From the NCBI RefSeq assembly GCF_018977255.1, contig NW_024704743.1, positions 89,530,001 through 89,594,000 of the forward strand: DNA of 64,000 nucleotides, written 5' to 3'. Below are positions 1-13,100 of the stretch, piece by piece. A program made the position numbers and the translations under genes. The stretch's first letter is position 1, and each line of letters starts with the position of its first letter. The stretch is from Callorhinchus milii (lineage: Eukaryota). The notes under the pieces are model-generated. The model searched no databases. It was not told where the DNA came from and saw nothing but the letters and a program-made list of their open reading frames with translations.

Positions 1-136
1 TTATTTGAAGTAGGGTGAGCTTGTATTGTAAATTCTAGCCACCATATTTTCTTTGTTTAATGTTTACTTTCTAGGCTTGATCTTCTAATCAGGGGTAAAA
101 TTCATATTGCCCCCCAGCCAAAAAGATAGATATCAA

Positions 137-460
137 TTTGCCTTAGTCGATAGCTCTTTTGTCTCTGGGTCAGAAGATTGTGGATTTAAGCCTCATATCA
201 GGATTTCGAGCTCGCAGTCTCGGGTGAGGAAGTACTGTATTGTCTGAGATGCTGCCATTTGGGTGAGATGCTGAAGTAGCATCCAATCTGCCTGTTCAGG
301 TGTACATTAAAGATCACAAGACACTATAGGAAAAGGGATGGGAATTTTTCCTGATGTCAAGTCAGCAATCCTCCAGATAAATTGGTCATTCACTTTGTGG
401 CTATTTGTGTGCAAATTTTCTACTGTGTTGGCCTGCAAATAGTACAGTCAACAATTTACA
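137..460 (+). mobile_element. Deu-domain SINE remnant (AmnSINE/SacSINE-like)
   Basis: tRNA-like head, then a core (gatgctgccatttgggtgagatg...ctgcctgttcaggtgtacattaaagatcac) that recurs at ~5955, 8385, 23875, 29310, 41160 and 55244. Confidence 0.55.
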
Positions 461-469
461 GCAAAGAGA

Positions 470-935
470 TAATTGTGATTGGAATCACGGGTACATTCCT
501 AAATCAGAATGATGAAAATATGTACAAATTACAAAAGTATAGGCTTCTCAAGAAAGAGAGGAAGGATAGGAAAGGGGGAGTGGTTTCCATAGGTGTAAAA
601 AACACTTGGGAAATTAAGGTAGTTGAGCCAATGTTGTTAAATGTGTTCGATGGGAAATGAACTAGACTAGCATTTGGGACTCGTTTGTCTTCAGGGGAAC
701 TAAGACAAAATGTGGGGAAGTGTTAAATGGAGTGCCTTAAGGGGTTGTACTGGGATCTCTACCATTTCCTCATGTGAGGTAGTTACATTTGCAGATGAGG
801 GGGAACTGTGGAATCAGAGGAGACAGCAAAGGTCTTATGAAGAGAACTCAACAAGGTATGCACATAAGCTGATCAGTGCTAAATGAAGTTCAATACAGAC
901 AACTGCAAGGAAGTATGTTTGAAGTCAAAAATAAT
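470..935 (+). mobile_element. Highly degenerate CR1-type LINE ORF2 fragments
   Basis: Endonuclease-like GITGTFL...YRLLKKERKDRKGGV, followed by remnants of the GVPQGSVLG and FADD RT motifs. Confidence 0.5.
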
Positions 936-1002
936 TGCATAGTTATTTATTTCCAGTTTGGCTAGGCCAAACCAATCTTATGTTTATTTAAATTATGTTC
1001 AG

Positions 1003-1179
1003 CTCCAGTCAAAAAGCCCCCTCATGCGCCAAAAGAAGAAAAAAAAGAAGAGAAAAAGGAAGAGAAAAAACCTGAAGAGGAACACTATTGTGACATGTTA
1101 TGCTGTAAATTCAAGAGACCTCCAATCACCAAAATCATCCAAAAACTGAAGCTCCCCAACAGCTTTGATCCATACACAG
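1003..1179 (+). CDS. CNGB3: CNGB3 exon (~human exon 5): [58 protein letters not shown]
   Basis: Acceptor ttcag at 998-1002, with a second in-phase AG at 1007-1008. Donor G|gtaata. Matches the pre-S1 segment of CNG beta subunits. Confidence 0.85.
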
Positions 1180-4100
1180 GTAATAGCCACCAATGCAAAC
1201 AACATTTAACTTCACACAAGTTCAAACTAGCAAGATTAAATCTTCCCAGTGAATTAGAACTGTATCTTCCCTTTCAGGGAGTATTCAAACTTTTGGACTA
1301 TAAAGCTGAAACTGATGCATGCAATTACTGTATAATGCTTACTCCTACGCTGTAACGCTGGTCATCGCAAAATCATAGAGAGTTTACAGCAAATTGTCCA
1401 GGACTCATCTTATTGCTGGTGCCAACTACACTAATCCCATTCCCCTGCTCTTTCCCTGTACTCTTTTTTTAATTTTTCCTCAAGCATCCAATTTCTTCTT
1501 ACTTTTTTTAAAATCTAGTAATATATGATAATAATGTAGTTTTAACATGTAAGCTTAATGATTTTATATGTACCAAAGTACAATAAAATGTATTGCTGTT
1601 TTGCAATAACATCCACAAAACATTCACTCCATTTTACAGTATCTCCTGCGAGGCACTTTGAAATATTTTCTTGATGTGAAAGATGCTGTATCAAATGCAA
1701 GGCTTATTATTATTATTAGCATTTTAAAAATCTTGCTCATAAATGTACAGAGATTTGTTGGTCAGGGCCCAGAAATGTGTAAAAACACATAAATTCAATT
1801 AATTTATTACTAGACTTCAAGATCCTCACCCTTGTCTTCAAATCCCTCCACTCCTCTGCACCCCCCTACCTCTCTGACCTCCTCTCTCCTCACAACAGTG
1901 CCGTTCTCTTTGACCGAGCCTTCAGCTCCCCTCTCGACTCTCTTCCCCCTCCTCGCTCCCTCCCTTCCCTCCCCTTACCCTGACCATTTCCCCCCTCCTC
2001 GCTCCCTCCCTTCCCTCCCCTCACCCTGACCATTTCCCCCCTGCTCGGGTCATGACCCAACTGTGCAGCGCCTTGGGACGTCCTCCTGACGTGAAAGGCG
2101 CTTTATAAATGGAATCTTGTTGTTGTTGTTGTTGTTGTTGCCTTCGTTCCACTGGGTCTGTTCTCCTCCTTGTCCCCAGAGTCCTCCGCTCCACCCTTGG
2201 TGGCCGTGCTTTCAGCCACTATGCCCAGAGGCTCTGGAACTCCCTTCCTCTCTCCCTTAGCCTCGCCCCCTCTCTTCCTATTTTCAGGTCTCGGCTGAAG
2301 ACTTTTCTTTTCAACTGCACCTTTGGTCACCTTCCTCCCCCTCCCCCTGGCTCAGCTTCGGGATCCATTACTGTAAAGCGCTCTGAGACGCTGTCCAGGG
2401 TGGAGGGTGCTATATAAATCCAAGTTGTAGTGTGGGAAGAATATTGGTCAGGACACTGGTTGGTACCGTTGGACATTGCCCGATGAGTTTGTTCCTTGCA
2501 AGGCAGATATTATGCACCACAGTATGCAAATTTCTGTTGTTTCTGAAGAATTTTCACATCTTGAAGGTTTACTCATTTGGCCCAAGTACAAAAATTCAAT
2601 ACAAAATATTGCACTACAGTCTGACTTCTTAATCCTTCATTCTAACTCCTTATGTTTCACCTTTCGCTCTATAGAGCAGTGAGATCAGAAGTGCTTGGGT
2701 CAGGTTAATGGTGAGCAAAAGCCATCGTTGTCACTGGGGAGACACCAGGCAGGAATGTAAATCTGTTTCAAAAGAAACAAATGTTTTTGTAACCTTTGTT
2801 TAAAAGTTTATACCTGCAGGTCAACAGCTACAGATGTTGAACATTCTCCTACAAAATACACAATCACTACATTTTACAGTACATCATTTGAAGCACTTTG
2901 AGACATCCTTCCAATGTGAAGGATTATTTATTATTTGTGACTGCAATAGCTCAGCTATTTCTAAGAACACTTCATGCCTCTGGGTAAAAAGCACCACCTG
3001 TAGACTGAGATGTAGCACACTAACAGTTCCAGACAGAAGTTCATCTAGGCTCCCCATCCAACTTCCGAAAAGATTTCTTAGAGACATCTAATAAATCCAA
3101 AACCTTTAATTTTCAGAAACTTGTCTAGGTTCAGTTTAAAACAATTCTTGTTTCTCATTGTTTAACTTAGCTCGTAAGGAAGCATTCTCACTGCTAGGGC
3201 TGAAGATTATGGGTTCATGCCCCATGTCACTTCTGAGCTCACAGTGTAGACTGACACATCAATACATTGCTGAAGAAATTAGTTAAGGTACTAACTGCAG
3301 ATAAGTTGGTTGTTCACTTTGTGGCCATTGTGAGATAACATCATATCCAAATTGTCTACTACAACCATTTGCAAATGCAGTCACTACACTTGACATGAAT
3401 TCCCTATAAAGTGATTTAAGACATATATCAAATGAAAAAAATATTTTTGTTCCAGCTGCCTATCAAACTATTGCTTAAACAAATTTCTGCACTTTCTATT
3501 CACCTTCATTAACCTTACTTTGAAGTTATGACCTTTTGTTCTGCTACTCTCAATGTAGAAGACAAACTTTCTAAAGTAGCATTTACACTGAAAGTATCAG
3601 GGATAATTCCATTACATGTGCATATTTTGTTCCACTCAGTATGTTTAGCCAATCTGTCCCGAAGTGCGATGGAACTCTCAATCCAGTTTGGCTACTCTTT
3701 ACCATGGTGATGGATTTCTGCATTAGCCAGCTAACCTCCCAAAATGTCCCTGACCAATTACAATTACATGTCGTTCAATTTTAAATGTATTTTGTAAATA
3801 TTAGATCCTACTTTTAGAATTGCAAATTTTCTAAATTGACCAGAAAGAGTAGAGCAGTGTTAGCCAACAGCAACAACTTGGAGCAGAAAAATCACCAGAG
3901 CCAAATGCTCATTGATCAAACTGATCAACATAGAGTTTTATAGTGAATTACTGCCTAATGCCACAATGTTTCTTATTTTAAGCTGAAGTGTATTGTTTGT
4001 AATTTTTCACTAAGTCTTGTGCGTTGTATTTCAGATCGTTTTTACATATCATGGTTGTTCATTGTGTCCCTGGCCTGGAATTGGAACTGTTGGTTTATCC

Positions 4101-7100
4101 CTCTCCGCTGGGCCTTTAACTATCAAACACCAAGCAATCTTCCATATTGGTTAACCATGGATTATATTTGTGACTTCATCTACGTGATCGATATGATGGT
4201 CTTCCAGGTCCGACTCCAATTTGTGAAAAGAGGCGACATAATAGTGAGTTTCTTCTTCCATGTTTTGCTGAAGCACAGAGGCAGCCAACATTTCAGTACC
4301 TGTACCACAACAACAACAAGATTCCATTTATAGAGCCCCTTTCACATCGGGAGGACGTCCCAAGGCGCTGTACAGTTGGGTCAGGACCTGAGCAAGGGGA
4401 AAATGGTCGGTGAGGGGAGGGAAGGGAGGGAGCGAGGAGGGGGTAGAGAGTCGAGAGGGGAGCTGAAGGCACGGTCAAAGAGAAAGGTCTTGAGACCGGC
4501 CTTGAAGGAGGAAAGGGAGGAAGCGGCGAAGGCACTGGGGGATAGAGTTCCAGAGCCTAGGGGCTGAGAGGCTGAAGGCCCGGCCACCGATGGTAGGGCG
4601 GTTGGGGCGGGGGATGTGGAGCAGACCGGAGCCAGAGGAACGGAGGGTACGGGCAGGTAAGTAGGGGGATAGTAGGTCGGAGAGGTAGGAGGGAGCAAGG
4701 CCATGAATGGCCTTGTAGGTGAGGATGAGGATCTTGAAATCGATCCTCTGGGGGATGGGGAGCCAGTGGAGGCGAGTGAGGGTGGGAGTGATGTGGTCCC
4801 GAAGCCTGGTGCGGGACAGTACATGAGCTGCAGAGTTCTGAATGACCTGCAGCTTGTGGAGGGAGGTGCCGGGAAGGCCGCGAGGAGAGAGTTCCCATAG
4901 TCCAGCCTTGAGGTGATAAAGACGTGGACCAGAGTTTCAGCAGCGTGAGGGATGAGGTAGTGCCGTAGTCTGGTGATATTCCGGAGGTGATGGAAGGCGG
5001 TGCCAGTTGTGGTGCGGATATGAGGGAGAAAGGACAGCTCAGGGTCGAACAGAACCCCGAGGTTCCTGACTGGCTTTGAGAGGTGGAGAGTGCAGCCTTG
5101 GATGCTGATGGTGTCAGCGCCTGAGGTGCGGAGGCGCTGACGCGAGCCAATCATGAGGGCCTCAGTTTTACGCACGTTGAGCTGAAGAAAGTTGTCTATC
5201 GTCCAGGAAACCAGACATATGCAGATGCCCATTCTTAAAATTAATGTCGATTTAGTGGCTTACTTCCCAACAGCTGCTGAAAAAGGACAATGTGACAAAA
5301 TGAGTAAATCAAGAGAGTAAAAAAAGTGTATCCTATTGTGGAAATTATATTTTACTAAACTGCAGATGTGTAAATCAACAGACAAATCCTTATCTTAAAT
5401 TTGCAGAAACAGTTGAAAAATAACCTGCTTCTTAACTAGATGAATTGAAGTGCCAGAGATGTCCATCACTAATTTCATTGCCCAGACAGAGATTTTATCT
5501 GAGGTTAAGAACCTAGGTGAGATGTACAGCTGTGGGGAGGGAAGAAGAAAAGCTGAAACCATTCGCCCAACTACTACAATTGCATCTCCTGTCAATGAAT
5601 CATAGAGCAGTGTGTGGGATAATAACTGGAACTCAATAAAGTGTAATATGCATCAATCAGATCCAGCTCCACAGTACTTCCAGTAAGAATAAGACTCACA
5701 GTGCTTCCAATAAGTTAAATAACTCATTCGCTGCATATAGCTATAGACTTTCATTGCAACTCACAGCAGTTCTGTATATTCACAATATTCACACCATTTG
5801 GTGGCTTCTCAATTCTAGGGGCTTCTCAAACAATGCCGAGCAACATCTTCAGTATTGAATGAAATTACAATGATATATATAAAAAAAAGTATGAAATACA
5901 GTGACAGAAGTTATATTTGTAATATATATGAAGAGCTTGTGAATATTTATAATGGTGTCAGCCTGGTTCAGTTGGCAGTACACTTGCCTCTGAGTCTGTG
6001 TGGGTTCAAGCTCCGTTCCAATGTAATGCTGGGAGAGCACTGCAGTGTTGGGAGATGCCATCCTCTGGATGAGATGTTAAACTGAGGTCCTGTCTGCCTG
6101 CTCAAATGGATGTTAAAGATCCCATGGTACTATTTGAAAGAGAAGGGATTTTTTCCCAGTGTCCTGGTCAACAATTTTAAAATTGTTCACTTCATGGCTA
6201 TTTGAGGAATATTGCTACGTGCAATTCAGCTGCCTCCAAATACACAATCCTCTAACAACAATGACTTGCATTTATATAGCGTACTTCTCAAGTTAGCATT
6301 CGGTAGCTCAACAATGACAATACTTCACACTCCGTCAAGACTAACACTAGGACTCAGTGGTCTCCCGGTGTCCTGGCCAACAGCCCCACAAATAAACTTG
6401 GCTATTTGTTTCATAGCTATTCGTGGAACATTGCTGCCACATTCAAATAAGCAGACACTCCACAGTAAATTCCCGACATAAAATGCGTTATACCAAATAC
6501 AAGGATTATTATAATCATCCTGTTGTTCTCTGTACTCCTCTTGGGCCTGCCAGGCACGTAGTGTTGCAGTGATCGGAATTATTTGTAATACTCCAGGTAT
6601 GACCTGAGCAGAGCTTGACTTCTGGGAATCTGTGCTCAACAGTTTTGACAAATTATCCCAGCATCCTGTTTGCCTTATGTATTGCTATCACTTAACAGAA
6701 GATTTCTGAAATGCTTTGTGTCAATAAGAGTTAGAGCATTGAGCTATAAGCAAAGATTAGACAAGACAAGAATTCTTCAATCCTGAAAAGAGATGTCCAG
6801 AGGGGACCTTGTATAGATGTATAAAATTTTAAATGGGATTGAGAAAGTAAGCCCAGAAGAAGACTTTTTGATGCACCGAGACAGCAGAATAAGGGAACAT
6901 AGGTTTACGATTGCAAAGACTAAATTCAGCAAGTATTTATTTACCCAGAAGGTAATTAGCGACTGAAACAGGTTACCAGGAAGGAAGGTTGAGGCCAGAC
7001 TGGACTCAATTTAAAAAAAAACAGCTTATTGTTGTGAGTTAAAGGTGGGTATTCCGCAAGAATGCAATCAAATTGGATGAAAGGCATTTTTCTCTGAACC

Positions 7101-10100
7101 TCTCATGAATTTAAAACATTTTAACTTGCTAAGATGCTATATCAATAATAATATAATAATCCTTTCTTTGATATAGGCCCTTAGTAAGTCATCATAATGT
7201 CTCAATGATCTTCAAAGAATTTACTGTAAAGTGTCTGTAAGACAAACACAGCAGCCAATTTGTGCACAGCTATGTCCCACAAACAACCATGAGATGAATG
7301 CTAAATTCTATCGGAGTGATTGTTGGCCAGGACACCTGGAGCAACTCCCTTAAAAATGCAAGGATTGTTATTCTCTTACATTCAATAGAGTTTCAGTATG
7401 GAAGGAATTTGGACCTGGACTAATCTGGTTAAACATAACATACAGTGGAACGTCATTTTAATGCTTTGTTTGGATCCCTAAAATTGCATCCCAATGATTT
7501 CTCTCTTCCAACTGTATTGAATTTATTTTCCCATCCCCGAGCAAAGATTCCATTCTCTTGCACTGATATTCTTCACATCGTAAATACAAACAATAACCAA
7601 TTTTTTAAAAAATAATTCATTGGCAGGATGATTGATTGATTTTTCCATTTTCTTATCTTTTAGAAAGACAGAAAAGAAATGAAGAAGAATTATCAACAAT
7701 CATTGAAATTCAACGTAAGTATTATTCAAAACAGTGGAGCTCTGTTACAACACTTGGGATCCACAAAATGTAGTTGGCTTGATAAATGATACACACATTC
7801 TCTGTCTTAGCCAGTTCCCAATACTACAAGACAAAATGTCAGAATTCTGGGTCTTCAGGTCACTGTCAATAAAACGTCTTGTTTGCCGCATATGCATAAA
7901 ACAGGACATTGGCAGAAACCTCTGGAAGTCAAACGTTTTTTAGTATGGGAAATGGCTGACTCTCAGATCATTAGGTCTAATGATCATAAGTTAATGACCC
8001 GAAAGTTGCCCATTTAAGCACTAAATGTGGGGCCAGCAGTATGCATGCAAGAGTGAATGGGGTTTGCAGTGCAACCTCATTATAAGCAAATATGTGCTAT
8101 TGTGAATTATTTTATAACAGCTCTGCACTTCAATCTTGATTAAAAACCATTACTTGTACGTAACCTGACAAATTATTTATTGCAAAAATCAGATGTACAG
8201 TTTTCTTTCATTTAAACTTTGTTTCCACAGTATGATTTGGCATCAGTAATCCCATTTGATTTACTATATCTGGTGCTTGACTGCAACCCACTGTTTCGAA
8301 TGAATCGCTTGCTAAAGGTAAATGTATTTCAATTATTATTCAGTGTTGGTATTGAACTTTGGAGAGTAGTTGTGTTAATGCCCCATATTGTGATTTTGAC
8401 CTCATATTTTAGGCTGAAACTCCATGCAGTGCTGGGGGAGCGCTGTGCTGTATTTTCCGAGGTGCATCCTTCAAATGAATCATTAATCCAGAGTCCCATC
8501 TCCCTGTTTAAATGTACGTTAAAGATCACATAACACTATTCGAAAATAGAAGGGAATTTCTCCTGGTGTCCTGGCCAACAATCTCCCAAAGAAAATTGGT
8601 CATTTTAGCCTCCTTCAAGTCCCGCCTCAAGACCCTCCTCTTCGACCATGCCATCGGCCACCCCCCTTCCCCTCCCTTCTATCCCCCTGACCCCTGCTTG
8701 GGTCTGAAATGCTGTACACTATCCAGCGCCTTGGGACGTCCTCCCAAAAGGCACTATATAAATGTAATCTTGTTGTTGTTGTCATTCAATCCATGGATAT
8801 TTGGTGGGACATTGCTGTGCTTTTTTTATATTGATGGCCCCTTGTTTTGGACTCACCAACAACTGGAAGAGTTTATAAACAACTCATCAAATGTTTTTCC
8901 GCTGTTTACACATCAGCTAATGCTTTGCAATTTAGACATCAGAAGACATCTCAATTTTAGGCAAACTAGAAACAGAGATCATACTGCCATGAGACTATGC
9001 TGAGTAGACTTTATAGAGGGAAATTCCACCTGGGTCAAGGTTTACTCTATGTGGCATTTTAGAGTATCCCAAATTTCACTTCACATGAGGGAGTGGTGAA
9101 TAGAAGTGTATGGGAGGAGTGAAGAGTGGGTGAACACTTGTGCGGAGTATAAACACTGCTAAGGACTGATTGAGCTGAATGGCCTGTTTCCCATGCTGTA
9201 CATTCTTTGTAAATCTTTGAATCACCAAAATAAAACAGCTTTGGATCAATCAATGATATAATGAGCAAGTCACAGGTATGAGTTATAATTTTCTAGACAT
9301 TACTTTTCCCTGATTTAGACTTTCCAAAATCTGTCGTGGAGAAAGTCAAATTGGAGAAATTAATTTTACTTTTCAATTTGACATAGACTTTTAAATGTAC
9401 AACAGCAAAATGCTGAATGAGAAAGATAATGGTTGGAAAATTACTATTCAAGCCTGTCCTGGGGATCAAGATCCTCCCTGTCATCTACAATAGGTAAGGT
9501 GGGGGCCTTACTGAAAGTCCAAAGGCTAAGGAAGCCTAGTTGGACTATGGAAGCCCACAGAGCCTGAAGAGCAGGTGAGAAAGGTGTGCTCCCATGATTC
9601 CAGTGCAAGGTATTTCAGGGCAGCCTTTTGTGGAAGCTGTGGGAAAGGGAAGGAGGCTTCTCTGCTCTGTAGGAAGCCCAAGCAGCCCTAATGGGGGATC
9701 TTCAATCAGGACACCAAATGCCCTGGGACTTTGAGGCTTTTATACTTAATTCTGAGGGGGCCTTGAGTCCAGAAAGTTTGAGAACCCTTGACAACTCCCT
9801 TCATGCCTTTGCCCCTCCCTACTTCTGTGATTTTTTCCCCTTCTACGCAGCAAACTCAGCCACTCTGTCCCATCCCCTGGAACTCCCTCAATCCTTCCAT
9901 TTCACCCTTCTCTACCTTGCTTCTAAAGCTGCCTAAAACCCCTCCTTTTCAACACTGCTACGGTCATCCTCCTCCCCCTTCCCTATCGCCCTGCTCGGTG
10001 CCTGACATTGTCTCTCTGTGAAGCTCTGAGACATTACTCTAGATGAAGAGCACTATATAAATGCAATTTGTATTGTTTTTTGTTTTTGTGTTTGCAGAAG

Positions 10101-13100
10101 CACTTTTTTGAAAATGAATCAAAAAATACCATAAAAACAAATGAGCAAAATCTGATTAGCTGATTTATTTTGTACTCTGTTATTTTGTCAAGAATAGTGA
10201 TAATAAATGTGGCATGTGATATTATGATCATCACTGGTGAAAAATGCAGTATATGCTGTGATAACAACAACAGCTTGCATTTACATAGCACTTCACGCAG
10301 GGAGCACTTAAAAACTGGGGCATCAATGATTATAACAAATGATATATTACGCTCCTGGTGATAATTTAGTTAATGACTGCTATGGGTGAACACTGCCCCT
10401 AAATTTATTCAAATTCATGTGCCTCACTCAATGACCGCAATAATTGGTTTCGGCTCAACCATCTGAAAATAATTGCAGGGATGAACAGTTCACTCACTGT
10501 AATCATTTATTAGGACCTTGCCAACACTGGTATAATTATCACTAATGTTAGATATCACCAATATTTTTTATCAAAGCAAACACTGTATTTTTACCCGATA
10601 TGAGAGCTTAATTTGGGGATTTACTTTAGCAATTTAAATACTTTGACATACATCAGACAACAGAAAGTGGAAGTAGATTTAGAGTTCCAAAAGGTAATTT
10701 CGGGGCAAAAAGCATGAAGTATTTCTTTATTTGGAAGTTAATTAATTACTGGAAATGATTACCAGGAAGGATGGTTGAGGCCAGAAAGCTATTCAGGAAA
10801 CAGATTTATGCTGTGATTAGGTCAGATGGTCTGAAGGACCTTCTTCATCCAAACCTTGCTTGTGATCTTCTGACTCCAAATGAGCACATTCATGACCAAA
10901 CTCAATTCTGATCCAAGGATTGAATTACTATATGTATCAAATGGTTTCCTGTTCATTCCATTGTATGACATTCCTGATGTGATGTAATACTCCTTTGTTA
11001 TGGCGTTTTCCCCAGACTATCGTTCAATGTGAATTGCTGAATGAATAATTAAATAGGCTTGTAAAAATCCCGATCCAGACAAAATTCTGTTCCAAGTATA
11101 GCATTTCTTGGCAACCTAGCTCCCCAGTTAATGAGAATTCAACTTCACTGCTATTCCAGTACTTTTACAGGACCACATTTGAAGCACAAGAGCAAGGTTT
11201 GTGTGAAGTAATTCTGTAAAGCATATATCAAAACATGCATCATGATATTTTGTTTAACTGTGGTTAATATTGCTTAGCTTCCCTATGGATTAGTGGAATT
11301 AAGTTCATTCAGCTGAATCGGATCAAGCCCAGAAAACAAATATTCAACAAAATAGAAGTCACTTCAATGACTAGCAACAAATTACATTTAAAAAAAAGTT
11401 ATATTAAAAAATGGCTTCAAATGAAGTGGCAGCAGACGATACCCTCTTTTTGGAGGGTCTGCCTCCACCTAATTGCAATTATCAAATAAACCATAAAAAG
11501 CACAACCAGAGTCACAAATTCCACCCTAGTGAATATGTCTCAACTTAAATTTCTTGGGTTTTTACTTTTCTCTAGTACTCTTCGTTCTTTGAATTCAGTG
11601 ATCGAGTGGAGTCGCTCATGAAAAAAGCTTACCTATACAGGTAAGCAGTCACACAATATATTCAGCTTCAAAGAATATATTCAGTGGATAGTGCAATACC
11701 GCTTCTGATTTCAGATTCTGTACACAGATCAAAGTGCCAAGTTAGGTTCATCATTTTAACAATGAAAATGGTCTAAGTGGTGTTTCAACTATTTTAACCT
11801 CAAAATACAATGCTTATGATTTGAATGTATGTTGAAAAAAACATAACATTGAATCCTAATCTGACATAAGACAAAGTATTCTAAAATGACTGCAGAGGAA
11901 GTCTTCTGTCACTAATGCTTACACAATCAAACCCTCCATTCTGCTTTACAGAGTTGTACGAACAACAGGATATCTGCTCTATGTTCTACATATAAATGCA
12001 AGTTTATATTTTTGGGCTTCAACGTATGAAGGCATTGGAAGCACTAAATGGGTCTACAATGGTAAAGGAAACAGGTAGATCTATCCCAATTTCCTATTGG
12101 AATGTTATTGTTGACAAACAAGTAACAGAAGCTTAATTAGTTTAGTTTAACAGTAAAGCCATTTATTGCCATCACATCTCTGCATTTTGAGTTTGTAAAT
12201 TCTACAGTCATACTTCTAGTATAGACGTCCCCAGATCTTGATCAGACAATCTGCAATGGAATGTGTTCCTTTGATCTGTCTTCCAGTTTGCTCTTTCAGC
12301 TTCTTAAGGCATTGACTCATGCCATCATGTGGTTCTAAAAGTATCAGCTAGCAATGTCCTCTGCTCCCTCATTCAAGTAACCCCATACTGCTGTCCTGAT
12401 TAAAGTCATCTATCTCAGCCCCAAGAAAGGAACTAACCTGGGACCATCCAGATCTGTATGGTTCAGTTTTATATTAGGTGCTGGGTTTAACATCAGAGGA
12501 ACCAACTCTGGGATGTTTGTGGGATTCAGGATACAAACAGGATAGTTTTATCGAGAAAGATTGAGATTATTATCTTTGATGAGAAGCTGGTTAGAAACCT
12601 TTGCAATCCTGAGAGCTTTCCCGTGAGCAGATATTGGGGCTCGGCTGTGACCTTGAAATCACTCACTGCTATAGAAAATATAGAATAGTTTCAAATTCTC
12701 TCTTACTTTTCAGGTAACATGACGGTGAATTATTGCTTTTAATATTCTGATATTGTATATTTATTTTTCACATCTTTCTTTTTTTCTTCCTTCTTGCTGA
12801 TAAATATTCGTTTAGCTACCTCAGCTGTTTCCTCTATGCAGAGAAATCCCTCCTGATGATTGGTGAGCTTCCATTCCCCACCAATGAGTATGAACAAATA
12901 TTTCAGATATGCAACTATTTTTTTGGAGCTCTTATTCTTTCAGCCATTCTTGGTCAGGTATATTTAACTATTGTGTTTCAAAAAAAGAGTTTTTAAATTA
13001 TTTTAAGATATTATGCTTTTTTTCTTGAAAACGTTTAATTCATTTCATCAAAGCAGTCTTTTTTGTGTCTTTTTTTTAGTTTAATGAACTTAAACTGCTT

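Noticed and set aside
958..1149. Lys/Arg-rich 63-aa ORF resembling a nuclear localisation peptide
   Set aside because: It is an out-of-frame reading of the A/G-rich EEKK-coding CNGB3 exon.
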